From: a bacterium | GTDB taxonomy: Bacteria; Patescibacteriota; Minisyncoccia; Phycocordibacterales; UBA2100 | Length of the DNA: 57,777 bases | Assembly (NCBI GenBank): GCA_038128225.1 | Contig: JAYPJF010000001.1 | Span: 318,740-376,516, forward strand | Direction of reading: 5' to 3' | Shown here: piece by piece, positions 1 to 7,470 of the stretch | Layout: every line of letters begins with the position of its first letter | How positions within the stretch are numbered: the first letter of the stretch is position 1 | Translations under genes and position numbers: made by a program | The notes under the pieces: model-generated | Databases searched by the model: none | The model's input: the letters and a program-made list of their open reading frames with translations, nothing else | Told to the model about the DNA's origin: nothing

Positions 1-672
1 ATTTTTGCACGAGTACCGCTTACCTCGGTTGACTCAATCGACGGACTTTCTCCTACAGGACTCCGTGTGCGATACGGGCACGATATCGCGAAACGAATTT
101 TTGATGTCTTGGTCTCTTTCGTACTTGGCGTCTTTTCTCTCGTCGTATACCCGTTTGTGGCATTTCTCATCAAGCTCGAAGATGGGGGGTCCGTTTTTAT
201 CGTACAAGATCGAATTGGGGAAAACATGGCGCGTATACGATTATATAAATTTCGCACGATGACCCACGCTGACTCTGGTAAATGGATTAGCGCTGAAGAC
301 AACGCGAACAAAGTAACTCGGGTGGGGTTGTGGTTGCGACGTTTGCGGATCGACGAATTTCCTCAGTTGTGGAATGTACTGCGTGGGGATTTGTCATTGG
401 TGGGGCCTCGGCCAGACATTGTTGGCCTTTACAAAGATCTTGTAGACAGCATCCCGTTTTACAATCTCCGGTACTCTGTGCGTCCTGGGCTTTCCGGATG
501 GGCGCAAGTTCGTCAAGTATACGACAAAGGTAATATCTCGCCGCAGTCAGTTGCTGAAACCCGTATACGACTCCAGTATGATTTGTACTATGTGAAAAAC
601 CGCTCACTTTTCCTTGATATAGCGATCGCACTCCAAACTTTAAAGATTTTTATGACGAAGCTTGGTTCTTAG
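1..672 (+). CDS. Bacterial sugar transferase (WcaJ/CpsE/RfbP-type priming polyprenyl-phosphate glycosylphosphotransferase), 5'-partial
   Basis: Frame 1 is open from base 1 (IFARVPLTS...). Motifs KRIFD, KFRTM, RIDEFPQLWNVLRGDLSLVGPRP, RPGLSGWAQV and YDLYYVKN are typical of the Bac_transf domain. Confidence 0.93.
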   Translation: MFARVPLTSVDSIDGLSPTGLRVRYGHDIAKRIFDVLVSFVLGVFSLVVYPFVAFLIKLEDGGSVFIVQDRIGENMARIRLYKFRTMTHADSGKWISAEDNANKVTRVGLWLRRLRIDEFPQLWNVLRGDLSLVGPRPDIVGLYKDLVDSIPFYNLRYSVRPGLSGWAQVRQVYDKGNISPQSVAETRIRLQYDLYYVKNRSLFLDIAIALQTLKIFMTKLGS

Positions 673-695
673 CACTAGTCTGCTACAGTGGAATT

Positions 696-1790
696 ATGGA
701 ACATCAGAAAAAGCGCATACTAATTACCGGAGCCGCAGGATACGTTGGCGCGATGCTCTGTGAACACTTCGCTCGGCGAAGTGATGTTGAGTCTATTTTC
801 GGTCTTGATATTGCAGCACGGCCAGATATGCTCGCCGCGTACAAAAATATTATCTGGGAGCAGGCGAATACCGTCGATGACACATGGCAGAAGCGCGCGG
901 CTGATTTTGCACCACACGTGGTCGTGCATACCGCATGGCATATTCGCGACATGTACGGAAACACCGAACAACAGTGGCGGTGGAACGTCGAGGGTTCAAA
1001 AAAAGTGTTTGATTTTGCCTTTGCTGCCCACGTAGAGCGACTCATCCATTTTTCGACCGCGGCTATTTACGGAGCCTACGCATCAAACACCTGTGAGCAC
1101 CTCTTCACTGAAGAAGAACCAATGCGTGAAGCAGAATATCGATACGGGATCGAAAAGCGCGCCGTTGAGGACGCGCTTCGCGAAAAGGCAAATGGACACA
1201 CTGACGTTTCCGTTGCGGTCGTCCGTCCCGCGGCGATTACGGGACCGCGTGGGCGTTTTGCACGCATACGATTTGGTCTGCAGTCGGCGCTCTCGGGGCA
1301 ACTTCAGGGCAACATGTTGTATCGCGTTATCTCGCTTATGGTCTCGTATGTACCCGCAACGCCATGGTGGGTGCGTCAATTTGTACATGAGGATGATGTT
1401 GCAGATATCATCACGCGGTTGAGTTTTGGCCCACTCTCGTCCACATACGAAATTTTTAATCTCGCACCACCAGGGGAGCCCGTCTTTGCGCGTCACATGG
1501 CACGCGCAGTCGGAAAACGTGTTTTACCGATTATGCCATGGATGGTGCGCGTTGCTTACTTTGTTTTCTGGCATATGACACGCGGCAAGGTGCCTACGTC
1601 TCGCGGGGTTTGGCGTTTCTACTCATATCCGCTTTTGATGAACGGGAGTAAGGTGACACGCGAGCTTGGGTACACGTATCAATACAGTAGCCAGGACGCG
1701 TTTTATTATACCAATGGGCGTTATACAGGCGTTGTGCCTCAGGAACGGCTTCGAAATAAAGAGACAGCGCCTGCATTGCAAACAGCATAA
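696..1790 (+). CDS. NAD-dependent epimerase/dehydratase (extended SDR)
   Basis: ILITGAAGYVG Rossmann motif, STAAIYG, and a YGIEK (YxxxK) catalytic motif. Confidence 0.88.
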   Translation: MEHQKKRILITGAAGYVGAMLCEHFARRSDVESIFGLDIAARPDMLAAYKNIIWEQANTVDDTWQKRAADFAPHVVVHTAWHIRDMYGNTEQQWRWNVEGSKKVFDFAFAAHVERLIHFSTAAIYGAYASNTCEHLFTEEEPMREAEYRYGIEKRAVEDALREKANGHTDVSVAVVRPAAITGPRGRFARIRFGLQSALSGQLQGNMLYRVISLMVSYVPATPWWVRQFVHEDDVADIITRLSFGPLSSTYEIFNLAPPGEPVFARHMARAVGKRVLPIMPWMVRVAYFVFWHMTRGKVPTSRGVWRFYSYPLLMNGSKVTRELGYTYQYSSQDAFYYTNGRYTGVVPQERLRNKETAPALQTA

Positions 1791-1810
1791 GTTCTTCTAT
1801 ACTGCCTCGC

Positions 1811-3133
1811 ATGTGGACTCGGATATTTGCCGTGCTAATTCTTCTCTTGGGAGGCGCGTTTGGCTATGTGTTGCATACAACCGAAATTAACGGGACTCGG
1901 CCTTTTAAACTGGGTCTCGATCTTTCCGGGGGCACCCACCTTGTTTACAGCGCTGACGTTTCGCGTACGAACCCGAGTGATGTCCCGGATGCTATGGAAT
2001 CACTTCGTGACACGATCGAGCGGCGAGTCAATCTTTTTGGAGTCGCGGAACCTCTGGTGTATGTTGAACAGGCGAGTTTTGTCTCAGGAGTGCGCGATCA
2101 GCGGCTTGTTGTTGAACTTCCTGGAATCACCGATACTGAGGCTGCAATTCGCGCACTTGGGCAGACACCGGTTCTTGAATTTCGCTTACTTAAAGCAGAT
2201 GCTTCCCCTGCGGCGCAACCTACGACCACTGAAGCATTCAATCAGTTATTTGAACCTGCAGCGGTTACTGGCGCACAATTGAAACGTGCGACACTTCAGT
2301 TTGGTGGGCAACAGGGAGGATTCTCAAACGAACCGATCGTGGCGCTTGAATTTAATGCTGAAGGGGCCGCGCAGTTCGCAAAGCTTACAAGAGAAAACGT
2401 AGGGCGATCGTTCGGTATTTTTCTCGACGGAGTACCAATCTCTATCCCGGTCATTCGCGAAGCAATTCCAAACGGACAAGCTGTTATTTCCGGTGGATTT
2501 TCTCCAAACGAAGCAAAGGAGCTTGTGAGGAACCTTAACTTTGGCGCGCTCCCTCTTCCGATTTCTTTAGTCTCAACAAATACGGTAGGGGGCACACTCG
2601 GCGCGGCGGCAGTTGAGCGTGGTATTGCCGCGGGTGTATGGGGGTTGGTTGCGGTCTCTATTTTTATGCTTGTGTGGTATCGGTTGCCGGGAGTAGTTGC
2701 CGTTTTGGCGCTCGTGCTCTACACCGTGGCCATGCTTCTTCTTTTCAAGTTTATTCCTGTCACACTTACTGCGGCGGGCATCGCTGCATTTATTATTTCA
2801 ATTGGCATGGCGGTTGATGCAAATATTCTCATTTTTGAACGCATGCGCGAAGAATTCGCGGGAGGAAAAAGTACCCGGGAGGCAATTTCTGATGGTTTTG
2901 CGCGCGCGTGGCTTTCGATTCGTGATTCCAACATTTCAAGTATCATTACCGCCACCATACTGTTTTGGTTTGGCACCTCACTTGTGCAGGGGTTTGCGCT
3001 TGTGTTTGGGGTGGGGGTTCTGGTGTCGATGATCACGGCAATTTCGGTGAGCCGGACGTTGCTTCTGGCACTTGATATGGACCGTCGTCACGCGTTTGTC
3101 CGTGCATTTTTTGGCAGTGGCTTCACTTTGTAA
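1811..3133 (+). CDS. secD: Protein translocase subunit SecD
   Basis: KLGLDLSGGTHL, IERRVNLFGVAEP, IGMAVDANILIFERMREE, AWLSIRDSN, GFALVFGVG. Confidence 0.97.
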   Translation: MWTRIFAVLILLLGGAFGYVLHTTEINGTRPFKLGLDLSGGTHLVYSADVSRTNPSDVPDAMESLRDTIERRVNLFGVAEPLVYVEQASFVSGVRDQRLVVELPGITDTEAAIRALGQTPVLEFRLLKADASPAAQPTTTEAFNQLFEPAAVTGAQLKRATLQFGGQQGGFSNEPIVALEFNAEGAAQFAKLTRENVGRSFGIFLDGVPISIPVIREAIPNGQAVISGGFSPNEAKELVRNLNFGALPLPISLVSTNTVGGTLGAAAVERGIAAGVWGLVAVSIFMLVWYRLPGVVAVLALVLYTVAMLLLFKFIPVTLTAAGIAAFIISIGMAVDANILIFERMREEFAGGKSTREAISDGFARAWLSIRDSNISSIITATILFWFGTSLVQGFALVFGVGVLVSMITAISVSRTLLLALDMDRRHAFVRAFFGSGFTL

Positions 3134-3135
3134 GT

Positions 3136-4050
3136 ATGATCATCGTTGCGTATCGTCGTGTTTTCTTCAGCATTACCGCAATCATGGTGGCGCTCGCCCT
3201 TGGTGCGCTTCTTGTGTTTGGATTGCCGCTCGGCATTGATTTTACCGGAGGGACCTTGCTCGAAGTTTCGTACACAGGCGAGAAGCCGGCAATAGAAGAA
3301 GTGCAAAACACGCTTACCTCACTCGGAATGGAGCATGTACAAGTACGCACACAGGGGACAGACACGTATAGCATCAAGGCGGGAACAATCACGGAAGAAA
3401 TGCGTGCCGCGCTTCCTGAAGCGCTTACCTTTAATGGTCAGCATGCGGGAGTCATCGGACGATTCACTGAAATAGGGCCGACGATTGGAAACGAATTGCG
3501 CAGTAAAGCGCTTGTAGCACTTATAGCGGTACTTGTCGCGATCATGCTTTTCATTGCTTTTGCGTTTCGAAAAGTGTCGCGACCAGTTTCTTCCTGGGTG
3601 TATGGCTTGGTTGCAGTGGTAACACTTGCGCACGACGTTATTGTCCCACTTGGTTTCTTTGCGATACTCGGCCATTTCTTTGGTGCTCAGGCAGACACGC
3701 TTTTTGTAACCGCGATGCTCACGGTCTTAGGGTTTTCGGTGCACGATACCATCGTGGTGTTTGATCGAGTGCGTGAGAATCTACGCATCAACCACGAGCA
3801 TAATCGCCACGAGAGCTTTGAGATTATTGCGGGCAAGAGCTTGAACCAAACATTTGTGCGTTCGGTCAACACATCGCTTACCGTTTTGATTACACTACTT
3901 ACGCTTTTCTTCCTTGGTCCGGAATCAACGCAGGACTTCGCGCTTGTGCTGTTGGTGGGTATTTTTGCAGGAACCTATTCGTCGATCGCGCTTGCGACGC
4001 CGCTTCTGGTTGCATGGGAACGTGCACAACAAAATAAAAACTCCAAGTAA
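3136..4050 (+). CDS. secF: Protein translocase subunit SecF
   Basis: GIDFTGGT, IGPTIGNEL, LAHDVI, GFSVHDTIVVFDRVREN, RSVNTSLT, GTYSSI; directly follows secD. Confidence 0.97.
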   Translation: MIIVAYRRVFFSITAIMVALALGALLVFGLPLGIDFTGGTLLEVSYTGEKPAIEEVQNTLTSLGMEHVQVRTQGTDTYSIKAGTITEEMRAALPEALTFNGQHAGVIGRFTEIGPTIGNELRSKALVALIAVLVAIMLFIAFAFRKVSRPVSSWVYGLVAVVTLAHDVIVPLGFFAILGHFFGAQADTLFVTAMLTVLGFSVHDTIVVFDRVRENLRINHEHNRHESFEIIAGKSLNQTFVRSVNTSLTVLITLLTLFFLGPESTQDFALVLLVGIFAGTYSSIALATPLLVAWERAQQNKNSK

Positions 4051-4068
4051 GATTCTCTGTGTCACGCC

Positions 4069-4096
4069 TTGACAAAGATTTGTTTGTGAGTAGACT
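4069..4096 (+). promoter_or_regulatory. sigma70-type rRNA promoter (TTGACA-16 nt-TAGACT)
   Basis: Perfect -35 at 4069-4074 and TAGACT at 4091-4096, about 230 nt upstream of the 16S. A boxA-like ATCTTGAAAAC lies near 4139-4149. Confidence 0.7.
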
Positions 4097-4265
4097 TGCT
4101 TCTACCGCATAGAGCGGTTTTATGCTGTCTATGGAGTGCATCTTGAAAACCTCATACACAAAAGAAACTTTGTACACTAGTACAAGTAGCCAAACAAAGT
4201 CCGAGTGATTATTCATTCGGCAACACAACAAAAGAATGGCTCGCTTTACGCGAGCATTTGTGCAT

Positions 4266-5945
4266 TCTTTTGTTCCGTCCAAAAAACACAAAAAAGAAAT
4301 CGAAGTGTCTTTAGACACTTCTCATCTTAGCTAAGAGTTTGATCCTAGCTCAGGGTGAACGCTGGCGGTATGGATAAGGCATGCAAGTCGAGTGGGTTTA
4401 GACCCACGGCAGACGAGGTAGGAACACGTAGGAACGTACCCAGAAGTCGGGCATAATCGGTCGAAAGGCCGGATAATTCCCGATGGTCCCGCAAGGGTAA
4501 AGATTTATCGCTTCTGGAGCGGCCTGCGTAGCATCAGCTAGTTGGTAGGGTAATGGCCTACCAAGGCAATGACGCTTAGGGGAGCTGAGAGGCTGACCCC
4601 CACCGATGGAACTGAGATACGGTCCTTACTCCTACGGGAGGCCGCAGTCGAGAATCTTCCGCAATGGACGAAAGTCTGACGGAGCGATACCGCGTGATGG
4701 ATGAAGTGCTTCGGTACGTAAACATCTTTTATAGAGGAGGAAGTCATTGACGTTACTCTATGAATAAGGGGCTCCTAACTCTGTGCCAGCAGGAGCGGTA
4801 ATACAGAGGCCCCAAGCGTTACCCGGAATTACTGGGCGTAAAGGGTGTGTCGGCGGTCATATTAGTCGCTTGTTAAAGCCCGGGGCTTAACTCCGGAATC
4901 GCGGGCGAAACGGTATGACTCGAGGGCGCGAGAGGTGAATGGAACTCATGGTGTAGGGGTGAAATCCGTTGATATCATGGGGAACACCAAATGCGAAGGC
5001 AATTCACTGGCGCGTTTCTGACGCTCAAACACGAAAGCGTGGGTAGCGAACGGGATTAGATACCCCGGTAGTCCACGCCCTAAACAATCCTTGCTGGATT
5101 TGGGGAGTATCGACCCTCTCCGAGTCGAAGCTAACGCGTTAAGCAAGGCGCCTGGGTAGTACGGTCGCAAGACTAAAACTCAAAGGAATAGACGGGGGCT
5201 CGCACAAGCGGTGGAGCGCGTGGCTTAATTCGTAGGTAAGCGAAGAACCTTACCAGGACTAGAAATCCAGCTGCAGACCGATGAAAGTCGGGGGCCTTCG
5301 AGGGTGCTGGACAGGTGATGCATGGCTGTCGTCAGTTCGTGGTTTGAATTGTTCCCTTCAGTGGGGTAACGAACGCAACCCCTGTTGCCTGTTACAAGAG
5401 TCAGGCGAGACTGCCCCCTCACGGGGGAGGAAGGTGGGGATGACGCCAAGTCAGCATGTCCCTCTGACGTCCTGGGCTGCACGCGCGCTACAATCGCCGT
5501 TACAAAGGGGCGCTAAGGCGAAAGCCGGAGCAAATCCCAAAAAGCGGCGCCAATTCGGATTGAGGTCTGCAACTCGACCTCATGAAGCCGGAATCGCTAG
5601 TAATCGTGGGTCAGCACACCACGGTGAATACGTTCTCGAGCCTTGTACTCACCGCCCGTCAACTCAAGGGAGCCGGGAAGACCGGAAGATCTCGTCTATC
5701 GAGGTCCAGGGTAAGCTCGGTAACAGGGAGTAAGTCGTAACAAGGCACGGGTAGCGGAAGCTGCTCGTGGATTCATTCCAAAACGGAAACGTCCTACCGC
5801 ATTGCGGCTAGTGACGTACCGGTCGGTTTGTGTAGCTCAATTGACTACACAAGGGTGTCGTAGTGACCATAAACGCTACGTGACGCATGGGAAAGATCAT
5901 GTGACAGTCGGGAAAGACCGAAAGTGTTCTGGACGGAACAAAAGA
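4266..5945 (+). other. 16S precursor processing stem (leader/trailer helix)
   Basis: TCTTTTGTTCCGTCCA (4266-4281) is the exact reverse complement of TGGACGGAACAAAAGA (5930-5945). The helix extends via GTGCA/TGCAC (4260-4264/5949-5953). Confidence 0.85.
4327..5782 (+). rRNA. rrs: 16S ribosomal RNA (Parcubacteria-like; ends approximate)
   Basis: Conserved blocks AGAGTTTGATCCTAGCTCAG (4334), ACTCCTACGGGAGG, GTGCCAGCAGGAGCGGTAA, ATTAGATACCCCGGTAGTCC, AAACTCAAAGGAAT, AAGTCGTAACAAGG and helix 45 with a GGAA loop. No intron-sized insertion is evident. Confidence 0.98.
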
Positions 5946-5954
5946 GTGTGCACG

Positions 5955-5982
5955 AAAACACCCGACTTGCGCGGGTGTTTTT
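5955..5982 (+). terminator. Intrinsic terminator ending the 16S transcription unit
   Basis: AAAACACCCG-ACTTGCG-CGGGTGTTTT-T hairpin immediately after the processing stem. Confidence 0.8.
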
Positions 5983-6020
5983 GCTACGCGTTTTCAAAAA
6001 ATATAAAATACATTAGTAAC

Positions 6021-6049
6021 AAAAACGCCCGGCAGTTTCCTGCCGGGCG
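6021..6049 (-). terminator. Intrinsic terminator (minus strand)
   Basis: 10-bp stem CGCCCGGCAG/CTGCCGGGCG with a GAAA loop on the minus strand, followed by TTTTT; 22 nt downstream of the 6072-6257 ORF. Confidence 0.85.
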
Positions 6050-6071
6050 CATTCTATGGAGAAACCAGAGA

Positions 6072-6257
6072 CTAATTGCGCGGACGCGTGTCGATCTTGT
6101 TTCGCACCTGGATATTCTTTTCACTCTTGCGCCGATTACCCCGGTTCTTCCCCCTCGACCTCTTCGGGGCTTGGTAGTTGCCCTTCGGGTCAAAGAGGTG
6201 TTGAAACTCCTGAGCGGGTTTGCGGCGGTGACCGTTAGGCTCTCGGCTATTCTTCAC
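6072..6257 (-). CDS. Small, highly basic hypothetical protein (61 aa)
   Basis: GTG start preceded by AAGGAG, its own strong terminator, and an Arg/Lys/Asn-rich product. Confidence 0.55.
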   Translation of the reverse strand: MKNSREPNGHRRKPAQEFQHLFDPKGNYQAPKRSRGKNRGNRRKSEKNIQVRNKIDTRPRN

Positions 6258-6324
6258 CCGGGTCTCCTTATCTGATCGTACGCACTCCTTTGCGTACTAG
6301 TTGGACAGCATAGCAACTTCGTGT

Positions 6325-6353
6325 TTGTGTGCAAGCTGCTTTTTTGTTAGTAT
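6325..6353 (+). promoter_or_regulatory. Promoter for the nested tRNA-Ile locus
   Basis: TTGTGT (6325-6330), 17 nt, then extended -10 TG-T-TAGTAT (6345-6353). The predicted start at ~6360-6361 is 1-2 nt before the outer tRNA 5' end. Confidence 0.65.
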
Positions 6354-6361
6354 GCCCCAAC

Positions 6362-6628
6362 GCGCGTGTAGCTCAGGTGGTTAGAGCACGTCACTGATAT
6401 CTGCGATATATGCACGGCGGTCGAAGAAAATAAGAGTAGTATCTTTTTTGTAACGTACGTAGTTTCCTGCGTGCGCGTGTAGCTCAGGTGGTTAGAGCAC
6501 GTCACTGATAATGACGAGGCCGTAGGTTCGAGTCCTACCACGCGCACGCAGGACGGTACCTACTCTTACTTTACTTCTCGCTTGTGCATATAATGACGAG
6601 GCCGTAGGTTCGAGTCCTACCACGCGCA
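6362..6628 (+). tRNA. trnI: Outer tRNA-Ile(GAT), interrupted at about position 37/38 by a 193-nt insert (exons 6362-6399 and 6593-6628)
   Basis: The 5' half (38 nt) and 3' half (36 nt) are each identical to the corresponding half of the intact copy at 6473-6546. Joining them gives a perfect cloverleaf. Confidence 0.8.
6473..6546 (+). tRNA. trnI: Inner, intact tRNA-Ile(GAT), no encoded CCA
   Basis: GCGCGTG/CACGCGC acceptor stem, GCTC/GAGC D-stem, CGTCA-CTGATAA-TGACG anticodon arm, GTAGG-TTCGAGT-CCTAC T-arm, discriminator A. Confidence 0.96.
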
Positions 6629-6630
6629 CA

Positions 6631-7341
6631 TCAATGCCTTTTCTGCGCGTAAATTGAGATGCTGCGGCGTTTGTGCGGTTTACCTGCGCGCACGTGGCCA
6701 AATGATTTTTGTACTTTGTGAATGATGTACTGTGGTTCGAGTTCTGCAATGAGTGTATCTTCGTCAAACACGAATTCTTGCACTCCAAACTCAGGATGCA
6801 TATACGAATGCGGCTCATCTCCCGGGTAGTCTCGAAGTAAGCGGCTCGCGTGCGAATCTTCATCAAGCAAGAATGTTTTTAAGAACAACCATCCGTCTGG
6901 GCGCAACACACGAATAATTTCTGAGCGCAGCCTCTCGCGCTCCTGTGTTTTGAGAACATGTGATGCCATCATGTCGAGCGCAAACATCTGCGAGTGATCG
7001 GGGAGTGGTATCGGTTCACGCATTGAATATACATCAAATGCGATAGGGAGATCGCCAATGCCTTTACGCGCTTGTTTAATTGCTTCAACCGATGTGTCAT
7101 AACCGAGCCCTCGAACTCCATAGTTTTTTGAAAGCCATATGAGATTGCGGCCATTGCCACAGCCAATATCTACCGCTTGCGCTAACGGATTAAGATACTT
7201 GCGCCCATACTCACGCTCCATCCAGCGGCAAAACTTTTGCAGGTCTTCGCTCGCGTCTCCAGAAAGATCGAGATACTCGGCGCGCGCGTATTCTTTATCC
7301 CAAAATTGTGTCCCGCGCTTCTTACGAGGCCTTCCTTGCAT
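6631..7341 (-). CDS. Class I SAM-dependent methyltransferase
   Basis: Motif I AVDIGCGNGRN, GYDTS and LRPDGWLFL. Start placed at MQGRP (7341); the upstream TTG/ATG alternatives are possible. Confidence 0.85.
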   Translation of the reverse strand: MQGRPRKKRGTQFWDKEYARAEYLDLSGDASEDLQKFCRWMEREYGRKYLNPLAQAVDIGCGNGRNLIWLSKNYGVRGLGYDTSVEAIKQARKGIGDLPIAFDVYSMREPIPLPDHSQMFALDMMASHVLKTQERERLRSEIIRVLRPDGWLFLKTFLLDEDSHASRLLRDYPGDEPHSYMHPEFGVQEFVFDEDTLIAELEPQYIIHKVQKSFGHVRAGKPHKRRSISIYAQKRH

Positions 7342-7400
7342 GACAGCCATTACAGCGCAAAAATCGTTGAAATGCAAAGGAAAAGTGGTTGTGGAAAAAG

Positions 7401-7428
7401 TTGCAAATGAGAAGCATCATGCTATAAT
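7401..7428 (+). promoter_or_regulatory. Strong sigma70-type promoter (TTGCAA-16 nt-TATAAT, extended -10)
   Basis: TTGCAA at 7401-7406 and TG-C-TATAAT at 7420-7428. Confidence 0.7.
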
Positions 7429-7445
7429 GTTAGTACAACTGAAAA

Positions 7446-7470
7446 GCGTTCCTCGAGGGGCGCCTTTTTT
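7446..7470 (+). terminator. Promoter-proximal terminator-like hairpin
   Basis: GCGTTCC-TCGA-GGGGCGC followed by CTTTTTT, about 10 nt after the predicted start site. Confidence 0.55.

Noticed and set aside
4538-5733. ORFs 4538-4747, 4946-5170, 5225-5482 and 5281-5733
   Set aside because: They lie wholly inside the 16S rRNA gene and are shadow ORFs.
4327-5782. Intron or insertion within the 16S, as is common in CPR
   Set aside because: The length is about 1456 nt and the conserved blocks are at normal spacing.
5802-6275. 157-aa plus-strand ORF after the 16S
   Set aside because: It crosses the processing stem and two terminators, has no recognisable motif, and is antisense to the better-supported 6072-6257 gene.
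6400-6592. Group I or group II self-splicing intron
   Set aside because: No terminal G in any junction register and no GUGYG start. After subtracting the inner tRNA only 119 nt remain, all consumed by a simple rod.
6362-6628. Prophage/ICE attL-attR scar or CRISPR-like array as the explanation of the tRNA repeats
   Set aside because: Integration normally duplicates only one tRNA end and flanks kilobases with an integrase. Here both halves are duplicated, the spacers are 73 and 46 nt and pair with each other, and no integrase or cas gene is in the window. A degraded att origin cannot be fully excluded.
6347-6866. Minus-strand ORFs 6347-6547 and 6492-6866 with repeated peptide (MRVVGLEPTASSL, VTCSNHLSYTR)
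   Set aside because: The peptide repeats are simply the antisense reading of the duplicated tRNA halves.
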